DNA from: an uncultured Chlamydiae bacterium
GTDB taxonomy: Bacteria; Chlamydiota; Chlamydiia; Chlamydiales; SM23-39
Length of the DNA: 64,000 nt
Assembly: GCA_963828125.1 (NCBI GenBank)
Contig: CAWHDP010000002.1
Span: 1,312,001-1,376,000, forward strand
Reading direction: 5' to 3'
Of the stretch, positions 18,379-28,286 are shown piece after piece; the stretch's first letter is position 1, and each line of letters opens with the position of its first letter. A program made the translations under genes and the position numbers. A model generated the notes under the pieces. That model had not been told where the DNA came from and ran no database searches. It saw only the letters and a program-made list of their open reading frames with translations.

Positions 18379-19943
18379 TGAATCAACCACAACAATATAA
18401 ACTCGAATTGGTTTTTCCCGGGAAGAGAGAAAGACAAAGACCGGAACCCCGAATCCTAATCAAAAAAGAGGTGGTCAAGGGAAAGAAGAAAGGCCTCGAC
18501 GACAATTTGCTGATTCATGGAGACAATCTTCTTGGGTTGAAGGCTCTTGAGAGAGAATACACGGGCAAAATCCGTTGTATTTACATCGATCCACCCTACA
18601 ACACAAAAAGCTGTTTCACCCACTACGATGACAGTATGGAGCATTCGCTCTGGCTGAATATGATGAAAGAACGACTCATCATTCTCCAACGACTCCTGCG
18701 CAAAGATGGGACTATATGGATTTCGATAGATGATGATGAATGTCACTATTTGAAGGTGCTTTGCGATGAGATTTTTGGACGCAAAAATTTTGTGACCAAC
18801 ATTATCTGGCAGCATAGCTTACAACCAAAAGGCTACAAAAACATCTTCTCTGTTCATCACAATCACATATTGGTTTACAGAAAATCAAAAGATTTTAACC
18901 TAAAGCAATTTGAAAGGACTGACGCTCATAATAAAGCCTATTCCAATCCTGATAAAGATCCAAAAGGACTCTGGAGAAGTGGTGATGTTAGAAACAGTTT
19001 ATATAGACCGAATCTGATTTACGAAATTCGTTCACCCTCTGGAAAAATCATAAAACCCCCTTCCAATGGATGGAGATGGAGTAAAGAAACCATACAAGGA
19101 AAAATCAAGAGCGGCGAAGTCATATTTAGCGAAGATGAAACTCGAATAATAAGAAAAATTTATCTCAAAGACCAAGAAGGAAGATCTCCAGAAACAATTT
19201 GGTTTGCACAGGATGTTGGATCAACCAGAGAAGCCAATAAGGAAATCAAAAAAATATTCCAAAAAGACCCGTTCTGCACCCCCAAACCAGAGCGTCTGAT
19301 CCAACGTATTCTCTACCTTGCTACCGATCCTGGGGACATCGTCCTTGATTGTTTTGCTGGTTCGGGAACCACGGGCGCAGTCGCTCATAAGATGAAAAGG
19401 CGCTGGATCATGATTGAAATGGGTAAGCACGCCGAAACTCATATTCTTCCCCGTCTTAAAAAAGTGATTAATGGGGATGATCCTGGCGGAGTCACTATAC
19501 CAGTTGAGTGGGAAGAAGGAGGGGCATTTCGTTTTTGCAAATTAGCCCCCTCTCTGCTTGAGAAAAGCGTGCTAGGCCGTCCTGTTCTGAGCAAAAAATA
19601 TGATGAAGAGATGCTACAGGAAGCGATCTGCAAGCTCGAAGGATTCTCCTACGTTGTTCCTGCTGAAAGAGAATCCTGGTGGCATCACGGCTATTCTTCA
19701 GATCGGGATTTTATTTATGTGACCATCTCAACACTGTCTCGGGCCCAACTGGCTGCCTTGAGCGAAGAAGTTGGGTCCAGTCGGTCACTGTTGATCTTCT
19801 GTGGGGCATTCACTTGTGATACCAGTGATTTTGAAAATCTTACGGTAAAGAAAATCCCCAAAGCCATCTTAAGCAAACACGAATGGGACCAGGATGATTA
19901 CAGCCTGAAGCCAACGAATAAACGGAAAACTGCAAGAGTTTAA
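18378..19943 (+). CDS. mod: Type III restriction-modification Mod (N6/N4 DNA methyltransferase)
   Basis: GDNL, IYIDPPYN, TPKPERL, DCFAGSGTT in beta-class order. Start overlaps the SNF2 stop. Confidence 0.9.
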   Translation: MNQPQQYKLELVFPGKRERQRPEPRILIKKEVVKGKKKGLDDNLLIHGDNLLGLKALEREYTGKIRCIYIDPPYNTKSCFTHYDDSMEHSLWLNMMKERLIILQRLLRKDGTIWISIDDDECHYLKVLCDEIFGRKNFVTNIIWQHSLQPKGYKNIFSVHHNHILVYRKSKDFNLKQFERTDAHNKAYSNPDKDPKGLWRSGDVRNSLYRPNLIYEIRSPSGKIIKPPSNGWRWSKETIQGKIKSGEVIFSEDETRIIRKIYLKDQEGRSPETIWFAQDVGSTREANKEIKKIFQKDPFCTPKPERLIQRILYLATDPGDIVLDCFAGSGTTGAVAHKMKRRWIMIEMGKHAETHILPRLKKVINGDDPGGVTIPVEWEEGGAFRFCKLAPSLLEKSVLGRPVLSKKYDEEMLQEAICKLEGFSYVVPAERESWWHHGYSSDRDFIYVTISTLSRAQLAALSEEVGSSRSLLIFCGAFTCDTSDFENLTVKKIPKAILSKHEWDQDDYSLKPTNKRKTARV

Positions 19944-19946
19944 ACC

Positions 19947-22550
19947 ATGAATCCAACGATACGCCAAATTACTCAGAGAATGAGCCTTAGAAAGCCTCAG
20001 ATTGAAGCATTAGAAGTTCTAGCCGGAGCCGTTGAACTGTTGCCGATGGATCAAACGACCGATTTGAAGGAACGCCTTGCTAAATTGCAAAGCAAATATC
20101 CTCAGGTTTCCGATTTCGAGAGAGACTTCCCAAACTTAAGTTTTGCTCTAGCAACTGGTGTAGGTAAAACAAGGCTTATGGGAGCCATGATCGCTTATCT
20201 TGCTTCAGTTAAGAACTTGCGCGATTTTGTTCTTCTTGCTCCCAACAATACTATTTTGGAAAAACTCGTCCGAGAATTCTCTAATCCCAGTGATCCAAAA
20301 TATGTATTTCGAGGAATTAGTGAGTTTGCCAATCAACCGCCTACTATTGTGACTAATGAAAATTTCGATGAAGGATATGGCGTCAGAAATGAATGGGCCA
20401 ATCAGTCTGATCTATTCGGAGGTGAAGACGTTCACATTTACATTTTCAACATCTCAATGATCAACAGCGACAACAGACGGATGAAAAGTCCCCGAGAGAT
20501 GATCACTGGTGGAATTAGTTATTTTGAATATCTTTCACAAATTGAGAACCTTGTTGTTCTCATGGACGAAGCTCACAGATATCGCGCTCCAAATTCAGCA
20601 AAAGCAATTGGAGAGTTAAAGCCGATTTTGGGAATCGAAATGACTGCAACCCCACAAATTGAAGTCAGTGGTCGCACCATAATGTTTCAAAACATTCTTT
20701 ACGAATATCCCCTATCGGAAGCACTTAAAGATGGCTATGTTAAAGAACCTTGGGTCGCTGGCAGAGAGAATTTTAAAAACAGTCAATTAACAGATGAGGC
20801 TCTTGAGCGCCTCAAGATTGAAGATGGGTTGCGTATTCATGAGGGGACAAAGATCCACCTACAAAATTACTGCTACGAATCTGGCCGCTCTCTAGTCAAA
20901 CCTTTTATGCTGATTATCGCAGTAAATTTGGCCCACGCAAACCGATTAGAAAGTTTGGTCAAAAGCGATGACTTTTTCGAAGGACAGTACAAAAACAAGG
21001 TTCGTGTCGTCCATTCGGGAGTAAAACTTGAAGAGGAAGAAAGAATGGTGCGAGATCTCCTTGAGATCGAGTCATTCGAGAATCCTATCGAGATCGTCAT
21101 CCACGTCAACATGCTGAAAGAAGGTTGGGACGTCGTTAACCTCTATACAATCGTTCCCTTGCGTGCAGCTAACTCCAAAACATTGATTGAACAATCGCTG
21201 GGACGCGGTCTTAGGCTCCCGTTCGGTAAGCGCACAGGAAATACCGAAATCGACCGCCTCACAATTGTCTCGCACGATCGCTTCGACGAGATTGTATTGG
21301 AAGCACAGAAATCTGATTCCCTCATCAAAAAAGGATTCATGATTGGCCGGGATTTCCCCGAAGAAGGATTACAAAATATTGAAGTTAAACCAGCAATCAT
21401 GACTGAAGTCGAGTCTTATGGCGAAATCAAGAAGTTGATTGCGGAAAAGACATTTGAACAAATCGAGAAAATAGGCACCAGGGACCCCATCAAGATTGGT
21501 GAAGCTGTAATCGATAGTATTGGTGAACAAGCCCAGAGCGAAACAATTACTCAAACCGTAGCTGATGTCTTAAAGAGATATGAAGCCCTTTCCATCCGCA
21601 TCCCCAAAATTTATGTTGAGCCAGCTGTGGTCAAGGCGGGACGATATCGCCCATTTACTCTAGATCTAAAATATCTGAATCTGCAACCGATGGTTTCGGC
21701 CATTATAAAAAAGAATCTGGAGAGTGGCTATCAAGAACGAATGACAACCGTATCTCCTATTCAACTGGACGAGTCCCCAGTTGACTATTTGGCTAAGTCT
21801 CTTCTTGATTCTGATTCGATCTCCGAAAGTGAAGAAAATACTGACCTCGCTTTGAATTTATCAAACCAGGCTGTCCTACACCTACGTTCCTACCTAAAGT
21901 CTGAACGGGATGTAGAGACTGTACTCAGTCAACATGGGCCAGCAATAGCGCAGCAGATTTACTCTCAAATGAAAATCCATTACGAACCCCCAGTGCAGCG
22001 GTTCACCTCCTCATCCGGCCGAGATTTTACATTTTTGAAAAGCGTTCATCACGCTATGCCAAAAGGAGCTGTTGAAATCCTATTCAGTCAGACACCCGAA
22101 AATAAATCCTCACTCTCGCGATATCTCTTTACTGGATTCAAAAAATCCATCTACCCTTCAGTAAAATTTGATTCCGATAGTGAACGAATTTTTGCCTGCG
22201 TTCTTGAGCAAGATACAAGCGTTCTCAAATGGGTAAAGCCTCCTCGTAAATCAATCCGCCTCTACTATCTCCGAGACCTTCGATACGAACCAGATTTTAT
22301 CGTAGAGACTCAAGATGGACTCTTCATGTGCGAAGTAAAAAGTAGCGCTGAAATGGAAGATCCTATTGTCATCCAAAAAAAGGAGGCCGCGACTCATTGG
22401 TGTGCGTTAGCTACTCAACACGCTCAAGAGCATCAGGCCAAACCCTGGGCATATCTTTTGATACCCCACAATGAAGTGCGACTCACTACGTCATTTTCAA
22501 GTTTTATTGCCCAATTCAAAGTATTTGAACAAAAAACTGGGGTCGAATGA
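19947..22550 (+). CDS. res: Type III restriction Res subunit (helicase + PD-(D/E)XK nuclease)
   Basis: ATGVGKT, DEAH, TATP, LKEGWDV, EQSLGRGLR, C-terminal YEPDFIVE...EVK. Confidence 0.9.
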   Translation: MNPTIRQITQRMSLRKPQIEALEVLAGAVELLPMDQTTDLKERLAKLQSKYPQVSDFERDFPNLSFALATGVGKTRLMGAMIAYLASVKNLRDFVLLAPNNTILEKLVREFSNPSDPKYVFRGISEFANQPPTIVTNENFDEGYGVRNEWANQSDLFGGEDVHIYIFNISMINSDNRRMKSPREMITGGISYFEYLSQIENLVVLMDEAHRYRAPNSAKAIGELKPILGIEMTATPQIEVSGRTIMFQNILYEYPLSEALKDGYVKEPWVAGRENFKNSQLTDEALERLKIEDGLRIHEGTKIHLQNYCYESGRSLVKPFMLIIAVNLAHANRLESLVKSDDFFEGQYKNKVRVVHSGVKLEEEERMVRDLLEIESFENPIEIVIHVNMLKEGWDVVNLYTIVPLRAANSKTLIEQSLGRGLRLPFGKRTGNTEIDRLTIVSHDRFDEIVLEAQKSDSLIKKGFMIGRDFPEEGLQNIEVKPAIMTEVESYGEIKKLIAEKTFEQIEKIGTRDPIKIGEAVIDSIGEQAQSETITQTVADVLKRYEALSIRIPKIYVEPAVVKAGRYRPFTLDLKYLNLQPMVSAIIKKNLESGYQERMTTVSPIQLDESPVDYLAKSLLDSDSISESEENTDLALNLSNQAVLHLRSYLKSERDVETVLSQHGPAIAQQIYSQMKIHYEPPVQRFTSSSGRDFTFLKSVHHAMPKGAVEILFSQTPENKSSLSRYLFTGFKKSIYPSVKFDSDSERIFACVLEQDTSVLKWVKPPRKSIRLYYLRDLRYEPDFIVETQDGLFMCEVKSSAEMEDPIVIQKKEAATHWCALATQHAQEHQAKPWAYLLIPHNEVRLTTSFSSFIAQFKVFEQKTGVE

Positions 22551-23389
22551 CCCATCCATTCACCATTAATCTTTTCCTGCCTGATGGCATTCCAGAGGGG
22601 CTAAAAATTATTGAGAAATCAAACTGGAGCGGCTGCGGCCTCTCTTTGCCACGCGCTTCATTTTCCAAACACAAACAACGCCTCGAATTCCAAAAACCTG
22701 GTATTTATTTCCTAATTGGAGATTTGGACGTCGAACCCAAAATGTATATTGGAGAAGGAGATCCTCTTTTAAATCGAATCCTCTCACATAGCCAAAATAA
22801 GAACTTTTGGGATCTTCTCATTGCTTTTACCTCTAAAGATCAAAATCTTAATAAATCAGCGATCCAATATTTAGAAGCTCATCTCATTCAGCTAGCTCAT
22901 AATACAGGCCGATTCTCAGTGATGAACGAAAAAAATCCAAGAGAACCCTCTCTTTCGGAAATGGATCGTGCTGTCTGCGATGGATATCTGAGAGAGTTGT
23001 TGCTTTGTTTGCCCCTACTCGGGATCAATCTAAGTAGAGAACCAGCGGGTTGCCATCCTGCCAACAAACTTTTTATTAGAGCAAAAAATTTAAATGCTTC
23101 TGGGTCAGAAAGTCCCGAAGGTTTTTTAGTGCACAAAGAATCACAAGCAACATTCATTGAAGCTCCTTCGATTCCTCCAGGCATTAAAGCTCTTCGAAGC
23201 ACCTTAATTGAAAGAGGCATTTTAACAAAGTTAGAAACAAATACTTTTAAATTCTCTCAAAATTATCTCTTCAGCTCTCCATCTACAGCCTCCTCCGTAA
23301 TCTTAGGAAGAAGTTCAAACGGCCGTCTTGAGTGGAGAAATGAAAAAGGTCGCTCTCTGGGAGAAATTGAGGACTCTAATGAAAACTAA
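22547..23389 (+). CDS. GIY-YIG nuclease with C-terminal DUF4357-like domain
   Basis: GIYFLIG...YIGE...R...H; C-terminal FSSPSTASSVILGRSSNGRLEW. Confidence 0.85.
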   Translation: MTHPFTINLFLPDGIPEGLKIIEKSNWSGCGLSLPRASFSKHKQRLEFQKPGIYFLIGDLDVEPKMYIGEGDPLLNRILSHSQNKNFWDLLIAFTSKDQNLNKSAIQYLEAHLIQLAHNTGRFSVMNEKNPREPSLSEMDRAVCDGYLRELLLCLPLLGINLSREPAGCHPANKLFIRAKNLNASGSESPEGFLVHKESQATFIEAPSIPPGIKALRSTLIERGILTKLETNTFKFSQNYLFSSPSTASSVILGRSSNGRLEWRNEKGRSLGEIEDSNEN

Positions 23390-24128
23390 GGTAACTTTCG
23401 ACCCTTCTTCGGAAAAATCATTCAAACTTAGTCGATCAAAAATTGATCTCTATTGCGAATGTCCCCGTTGTTTTTATCTCGACCGACGGCTTGGAGTTAC
23501 CCGTCCACCAGGATTTCCATTCAATCTCAATTCAGCCGTCGATCATCTTCTTAAAAAAGAGTTCGATTCATATCGGACTCAAGGCTTGCCTCATCCACTG
23601 ATGACACAAAATAATGTAGCTGCGATTCCCTTCACACATGAAAAAATAGATGAATGGCGGAATAACCGTAAAGGGATCACATTTTTACACAAGGCAACCA
23701 ATTTTCTCGTCTATGGAAGTATTGACGATCTCTGGCTCAGTCCCAGCGGTGAGCTGATCGTTGTAGATTATAAGGCGACCAGTAAAAAAGAAGAGGTCAC
23801 TCTCGACTCAGCCTGGCAAGATGGTTATAAACGCCAAATAGAGATCTATCAGTGGCTCTTTAGACAAAACGGATTCAACGTGTCCAATACAGGGTACTTC
23901 GTCTACTGCAATGGTAAAAAAGATAGAGAGCAGTTCGGAGCTAAATTAGACTTTGATATCTCGGTTCTACCCTATGTTGGAAACGATTCATGGATTGAAC
24001 CAAAATTGATCGAAATTCGTCAATCTCTTGACTCCAACGCTTTGGCAGAACCAAGCCCTGAATGTGATTATTGCAGTTATCGCGCAGCAGCAAGCAATCT
24101 TGAAGGCATTTCTAGACAATTGTCCTGA
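23379..24128 (+). CDS. PD-(D/E)XK nuclease (RecB/Cas4-like, Cys-containing)
   Basis: LSRS.I..Y..CPRCFY, G.IDD, VDYK, Q...Y, C-terminal CDYC. Probable start ATG 23379 overlapping the GIY-YIG end. Confidence 0.85.
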   Translation: MKTKVTFDPSSEKSFKLSRSKIDLYCECPRCFYLDRRLGVTRPPGFPFNLNSAVDHLLKKEFDSYRTQGLPHPLMTQNNVAAIPFTHEKIDEWRNNRKGITFLHKATNFLVYGSIDDLWLSPSGELIVVDYKATSKKEEVTLDSAWQDGYKRQIEIYQWLFRQNGFNVSNTGYFVYCNGKKDREQFGAKLDFDISVLPYVGNDSWIEPKLIEIRQSLDSNALAEPSPECDYCSYRAAASNLEGISRQLS

Positions 24129-24202
24129 TTCTATTTCACTTAGAAATATTCCCGTTTTTTAATATTATTTGTGGCTTAGACGAACGATCGGGGAAACTCC
24201 AT

Positions 24203-24640
24203 ATGCCTGAAAATACAGGTCGAATACAGGCAAAAGGCCAATTTCCGAAAGGAAAATCTGGAAATCCCAGAGGCAAGCCAAAAGGCGCCCGCCATAGGTC
24301 CAGTCTTATCGCCGAACAGCTATTCGCTGGTGAAATCCAAAACATCTGCAAAATAGTGATTGAGGAGGCCAAGGCTGGCGATATACAAGCGGCGAAAATG
24401 ATTCTAGACCGGCTTCTGCCACCAAGGAAGGACAACCTGATCCAAATCGATCTCCCCAAAATAGAAAGCAGCTCTGACATCCTGAAAGCTGTGGGATGCA
24501 TTACCGATGCGGTAGGGGCTGGTCAAATCTCCCCTTCTGAAGCTGAAGCGCTCGCCCGCATTATCGACATTCACACAAAAGCCCTAGAGTTGAATGAGTT
24601 CGAAAAACGGCTTGTCGCGCTGGAGGGGGGCAAGAAATGA
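24203..24640 (+). CDS. DUF5681-like protein (motif seen at phage TerS-like N-termini)
   Basis: GQFPKGKSGNPRGKPKG followed by AKAGD..AAK.ILDR..P. Confidence 0.75.
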   Translation: MPENTGRIQAKGQFPKGKSGNPRGKPKGARHRSSLIAEQLFAGEIQNICKIVIEEAKAGDIQAAKMILDRLLPPRKDNLIQIDLPKIESSSDILKAVGCITDAVGAGQISPSEAEALARIIDIHTKALELNEFEKRLVALEGGKK

Positions 24641-24858
24641 AAGCTTCCAATAAAAAGCGCATAGAATCCCTAGAGAAGACAAAGACAGGATCTGTATCAG
24701 CATCTGTCGTCATATACGATCCTAGAGCTCCCTTCCATGTAAATTCACTCCATGGCACAGGTGTTTGCATTCTCATCCCCGATAATGGAAGAATGAAGTA
24801 CCACGCCATAGCACAAGCAGTTGAAAGTTCCTCGAAAGATCTAATGCCTGAGAAATGA
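24637..24858 (+). CDS. Hypothetical protein coupled to the DUF5681 gene
   Basis: ATGA overlap; KRIESLE N-terminus; LIPDNGR motif. Confidence 0.5.
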   Translation: MKASNKKRIESLEKTKTGSVSASVVIYDPRAPFHVNSLHGTGVCILIPDNGRMKYHAIAQAVESSSKDLMPEK

Positions 24859-24913
24859 TATGAACCTTCAAAAATATCCCAGAATTGAGTATACTTCAAT
24901 CGACTAAGGGTCA

Positions 24914-25420
24914 ATGACAAAAATTCGAATTTATCGTGATTCCGGCGCCGACATCTCTATCTTGAAGAGCATTGCTTCCCAGTGTGACTTTTACCAATTT
25001 CCCTATGATTCCCCGGATCGACCCAAGAAAAAACTTTTGCTCGCAATACCCTCTGAATGCCCATGGCAAGATTGGCATGTTCCTTGGGAAGAAAGTTCAG
25101 GAACATCCTGGGAAGGCATGATCGGAAGTACTCTCTATAGTGAAATTGAAGCGATTATAGGAGCGTCAAATCGCAGGGATGTCCTCCACTTCGATTCGGC
25201 GTATAAAACCGGATGCCATGTATTCCTTACCTCCGATAAGGGGGATATCTGGTCGAAAAGAGCCTCTCTTGAAAATCTGACAGGAATCAAAGTTTTTCTC
25301 ACCCCATTCGAATCCGAAGCAGCTCTCATGTACATCTCTACCCTCCTGAACGCCCCGCCGGTTGAAAAACCGCTTGATTCGGGGAAAGAATGCGCCAATC
25401 AGAATGACCCTCTACCTTGA
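24914..25420 (+). CDS. PIN-like domain protein
   Basis: IYRDS near the N-terminus and D.LH..SA....C..FLTSDK, the PIN C-terminal signature. Confidence 0.6.
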   Translation: MTKIRIYRDSGADISILKSIASQCDFYQFPYDSPDRPKKKLLLAIPSECPWQDWHVPWEESSGTSWEGMIGSTLYSEIEAIIGASNRRDVLHFDSAYKTGCHVFLTSDKGDIWSKRASLENLTGIKVFLTPFESEAALMYISTLLNAPPVEKPLDSGKECANQNDPLP

Positions 25421-25505
25421 CGTTCTTGAATAGGAGATCGATGATTCTAGCGACCATTAAAAGCGCCTCTAGTGTCAGGCTCTTTTGAAAGTTTACTGCT
25501 CGCTC

Positions 25506-25569
25506 TTGCTAAAATTGCTGAGCCTGCTAAAGCCATTCATTTCCTTTAGCTATTTTAGCAAAATTAGCA
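25506..25569. repeat. Convergent 3+3 GCTAA iteron array, putative origin
   Basis: TGCT(A/G)A at 25507/25516/25525 and TTAGC at 25546/25555/25564, 9-bp periodicity, right after the DUF3987 stop. Confidence 0.65.
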
Positions 25570-25575
25570 CCCCGA

Positions 25576-27936
25576 TCACGCCTCTGACTTCACGATTTTC
25601 CAAACTTCCTTGTATTTTTTCCCATCTATCTCCGCGCCTGGGCACGGGATTGCCCAACCGCTCTCTTCCAGGACTTTCAAAACTTTTCGCGCTTTTGCCG
25701 CCGCTCGAATTTCATTTGGGCCATATTGGTTAAGCACACTCAATGGAATGAGGTCTGTCCCTTTAGTTTCTTGCCGTCGCCAACACCATTCAAGAACTTT
25801 GCAAGCCGTCAAAGTATCTGGCGGAACTGATAAATATCCATGGAGGCGCAGCCTTTCGGTTAAATAATATTCCATGAGAAAGATGCCCCTCTCAACGTAC
25901 TCCACCCCAATTTCACAAGTATCGGGGTTTTCAATCATCGATAAGGTTACCGCAAGACGGCCTACATGTTCAGGGGCTTTACTGCCTAGATCCCGGATCA
26001 AGGCCAGTCGTTTTCCTTCCCCCAATTGCCCTTCAATCTCGTTGTAATAGCTCATCCAGGTCTTTTTCGCTTCCTCGCTTAACTGCAAGACAGGAGGAGT
26101 TAATTCTGTATGTCGCGGCGGTTCCCCTAAGGGCATTTCACGATCCATTAACAGTTTGATTCTCAGCCAATATTGCTGCATGGATTGGTCACGACTGAGA
26201 TCCTCCTCAACATAAAACCTAGTGCCTGCCGTAGATGCCGGAAAAGAGAACAGGCACCGGCTTAAAAACCCCTGACCAACCATCATCTGGTCGGAGATTA
26301 GATCAGCCAAAAAAACTTCTTGAATCATGAGATGCATGGATACTCTTTTACCAAATATAAGAGTGCTACCATCCCCGCTGCGCATTCTAGTAATCGCCTT
26401 TCCATCCCACAGTCCCGATAAGCCAGCAGTCGTTTTGCCATTGTTATCCTTACTCATGGAGTAACTCTTCAAGAACCGTCCCCCTTCATCGCTAAATAAA
26501 CCGACACTTGGCTGTCCTATCGTTAAATATTTGACCAACCCTTCATAGGTTGGCTCCTCAAATAGTATCATTGGATACAGTGGAGGAACAGGGGGTGGAT
26601 TATCGAATTTGGTTGCTTCCTCTTTCCCGCGAACTATGCCCTGTTCCCACTTCTTTTTTTTAGCCTCCCAAAACCTTTGATCTCTTAGATAATTCGCGTA
26701 ATTCTTCTGATACTCCTCATATAAAAGCTTTTGGTGCTCGTAAACGGGCTTGAGAGCTACCTTATCGGCAGCACTTTTCCGTTCTCCCGAATTAGCAATC
26801 GTCACAAAATGTTCGGATATTACAGATTGTCTGCCATCGATGATCAAATCTGCATGCGCTTGACAGGCAAAAGTTGCCGTTGCCAATACACTCTGACCAC
26901 ATACAGCATCGGGAGCTTGAATCACTCGCTGCATTGCTTTTGCCGCGGGACCGAGAATATCCCCCAAAGCTTCAAATGGAAATGGAATCGCGGATGGCAA
27001 TTCTCGGAAAAGAGGCGTCGGCTTCCCCAGCGGAGGATCATTCAACCCTAGAAATACCAACAGGTCTTTTGCCGTTTTACCATCGCAATGAGTGTGGAAA
27101 CATTTGAAACCATGTCCAGGATAGCCATTCGTGTTCGGTTCATAGTATTTTGTTCCATGGTCTTGAGCAGAATGGAGATCTCTCCAGGGGCAATGAATCG
27201 TCCAAGTTCCAAAAGGGCTCTTTTCCTTTTTGATGATAAGAGCTTTTTCATGCAAAGCTTTGAACACAGGATTGGAAAATGTAGGCGGCGGTTCCGACAA
27301 TTTCGGAGGCGGTGAGGGAACTTCAAAAGATTTTGCAAACTCCTCAAAAGAGAAAGGAGGCCCCTTCCTCTCTTGAATGATCTTTGTGGCGAAAGGCTCT
27401 TTCTTAAGATGCAAAAAACCTGGCAGCCGCATCGCTCTTGGAAGATCTTTCACAGCAGGGTCTCCTTTAAATCGAGCACTCAAAATCTCTTGCATCTCTG
27501 TAAATCGATCTAAGGGGACGCCCTCTACGATCCAGTAGGCATGATAACGACCGGAGCTTGACTCTATCACAACATGTGGCGGTAGCGGCGCCCCGAGGAT
27601 CGGTTCCAGCGGACTCCCGTCTAGATCCACAAAAAGGGCGCGGATCTTTACGATGTTTTCAGCTTTCCTTCCTTTTCCGTCAGTGAGATTCACAGTGACG
27701 GTTACCGCACTTCCGGTAGTGTTGACCTTTATTAAATGCTTCTGACATTCCGCGAACGTACCATGAATAGTATGAGGATAGATGCTCTGGCCATTTGACC
27801 CCTCTCCGAAAATCTGAAATGTGAAAGGGCTCTTTTGATCGTGTTCTGAGAGTATGTTTAGAAATTGCTCAGCGGTCTTCAGATCTATGAGTGAATGCTC
27901 ATCTTCAGGAAACATTTTAAAATCTTGCTTGTTCAT
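25576..27936 (-). CDS. RepB-type AEP primase + Zn finger + DUF3987 helicase fusion
   Basis: ALFVDLDG, ESSSGRYHAYW, MRLPGF.H; CPW..H...FKCFH.HC; SGERKS, EPTYEGL, SDEGG, LWDG, GFLSR. Confidence 0.88.
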   Translation of the reverse strand: MNKQDFKMFPEDEHSLIDLKTAEQFLNILSEHDQKSPFTFQIFGEGSNGQSIYPHTIHGTFAECQKHLIKVNTTGSAVTVTVNLTDGKGRKAENIVKIRALFVDLDGSPLEPILGAPLPPHVVIESSSGRYHAYWIVEGVPLDRFTEMQEILSARFKGDPAVKDLPRAMRLPGFLHLKKEPFATKIIQERKGPPFSFEEFAKSFEVPSPPPKLSEPPPTFSNPVFKALHEKALIIKKEKSPFGTWTIHCPWRDLHSAQDHGTKYYEPNTNGYPGHGFKCFHTHCDGKTAKDLLVFLGLNDPPLGKPTPLFRELPSAIPFPFEALGDILGPAAKAMQRVIQAPDAVCGQSVLATATFACQAHADLIIDGRQSVISEHFVTIANSGERKSAADKVALKPVYEHQKLLYEEYQKNYANYLRDQRFWEAKKKKWEQGIVRGKEEATKFDNPPPVPPLYPMILFEEPTYEGLVKYLTIGQPSVGLFSDEGGRFLKSYSMSKDNNGKTTAGLSGLWDGKAITRMRSGDGSTLIFGKRVSMHLMIQEVFLADLISDQMMVGQGFLSRCLFSFPASTAGTRFYVEEDLSRDQSMQQYWLRIKLLMDREMPLGEPPRHTELTPPVLQLSEEAKKTWMSYYNEIEGQLGEGKRLALIRDLGSKAPEHVGRLAVTLSMIENPDTCEIGVEYVERGIFLMEYYLTERLRLHGYLSVPPDTLTACKVLEWCWRRQETKGTDLIPLSVLNQYGPNEIRAAAKARKVLKVLEESGWAIPCPGAEIDGKKYKEVWKIVKSEA

Positions 27937-27956
27937 CTACTACCTTCTGATTATGT

Positions 27957-28178
27957 TCATTTTCTCGAATCAGCGAGGGAGGGGCGGTTATCCCGCGCCC
28001 AATTAAAAAACTCCTCCTCATCTATGAGGACGCGCCCTGCGGCTTTGAAAAAAACTCGATCACACTTTTTCTTCCTCCTAAAAGCATAGAGGTGCCTAAG
28101 GCCTCCTAGGGAAGGCCAGACATGGTATTCATTCCATTTGGTAACGGGAATCAATCTAGATTTCTTTTCATCTGACAT
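27957..28178 (-). CDS. AlpA/excisionase-like DNA-binding protein
   Basis: 73 aa, WPSLGGLRHL...GRVLIDEEEF. AAGGAG RBS. Lies between the integrase region and the primase. Confidence 0.75.
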   Translation of the reverse strand: MSDEKKSRLIPVTKWNEYHVWPSLGGLRHLYAFRRKKKCDRVFFKAAGRVLIDEEEFFNWARDNRPSLADSRK

Positions 28179-28237
28179 AAACGCTCCTTAATTTGCGTTA
28201 TGACAGAGATTAAAGAAGATCAAATGATTAAAGCCTA

Positions 28238-28274
28238 TGCTCCCCAATCATGGAATTCCCACTGGTGGGGAGCA
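28238..28274. promoter_or_regulatory. Inverted repeat upstream of the AlpA-like gene
   Basis: TGCTCCCCA-N19-TGGGGAGCA. Confidence 0.4.
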
Positions 28275-28286
28275 AATGAAGAGTTG

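Noticed and set aside
15526..24128. DISARM or BREX call
   Set aside because: No DrmB (DUF1998), PLD, PglZ or BrxC-like genes are visible; the methylase and helicase-nuclease fit type III Mod/Res.
23379..24128. Cas4 / CRISPR-Cas
   Set aside because: No cas1/cas2 and no repeat-spacer array were seen in the window; treated as a stand-alone PD-(D/E)XK nuclease.
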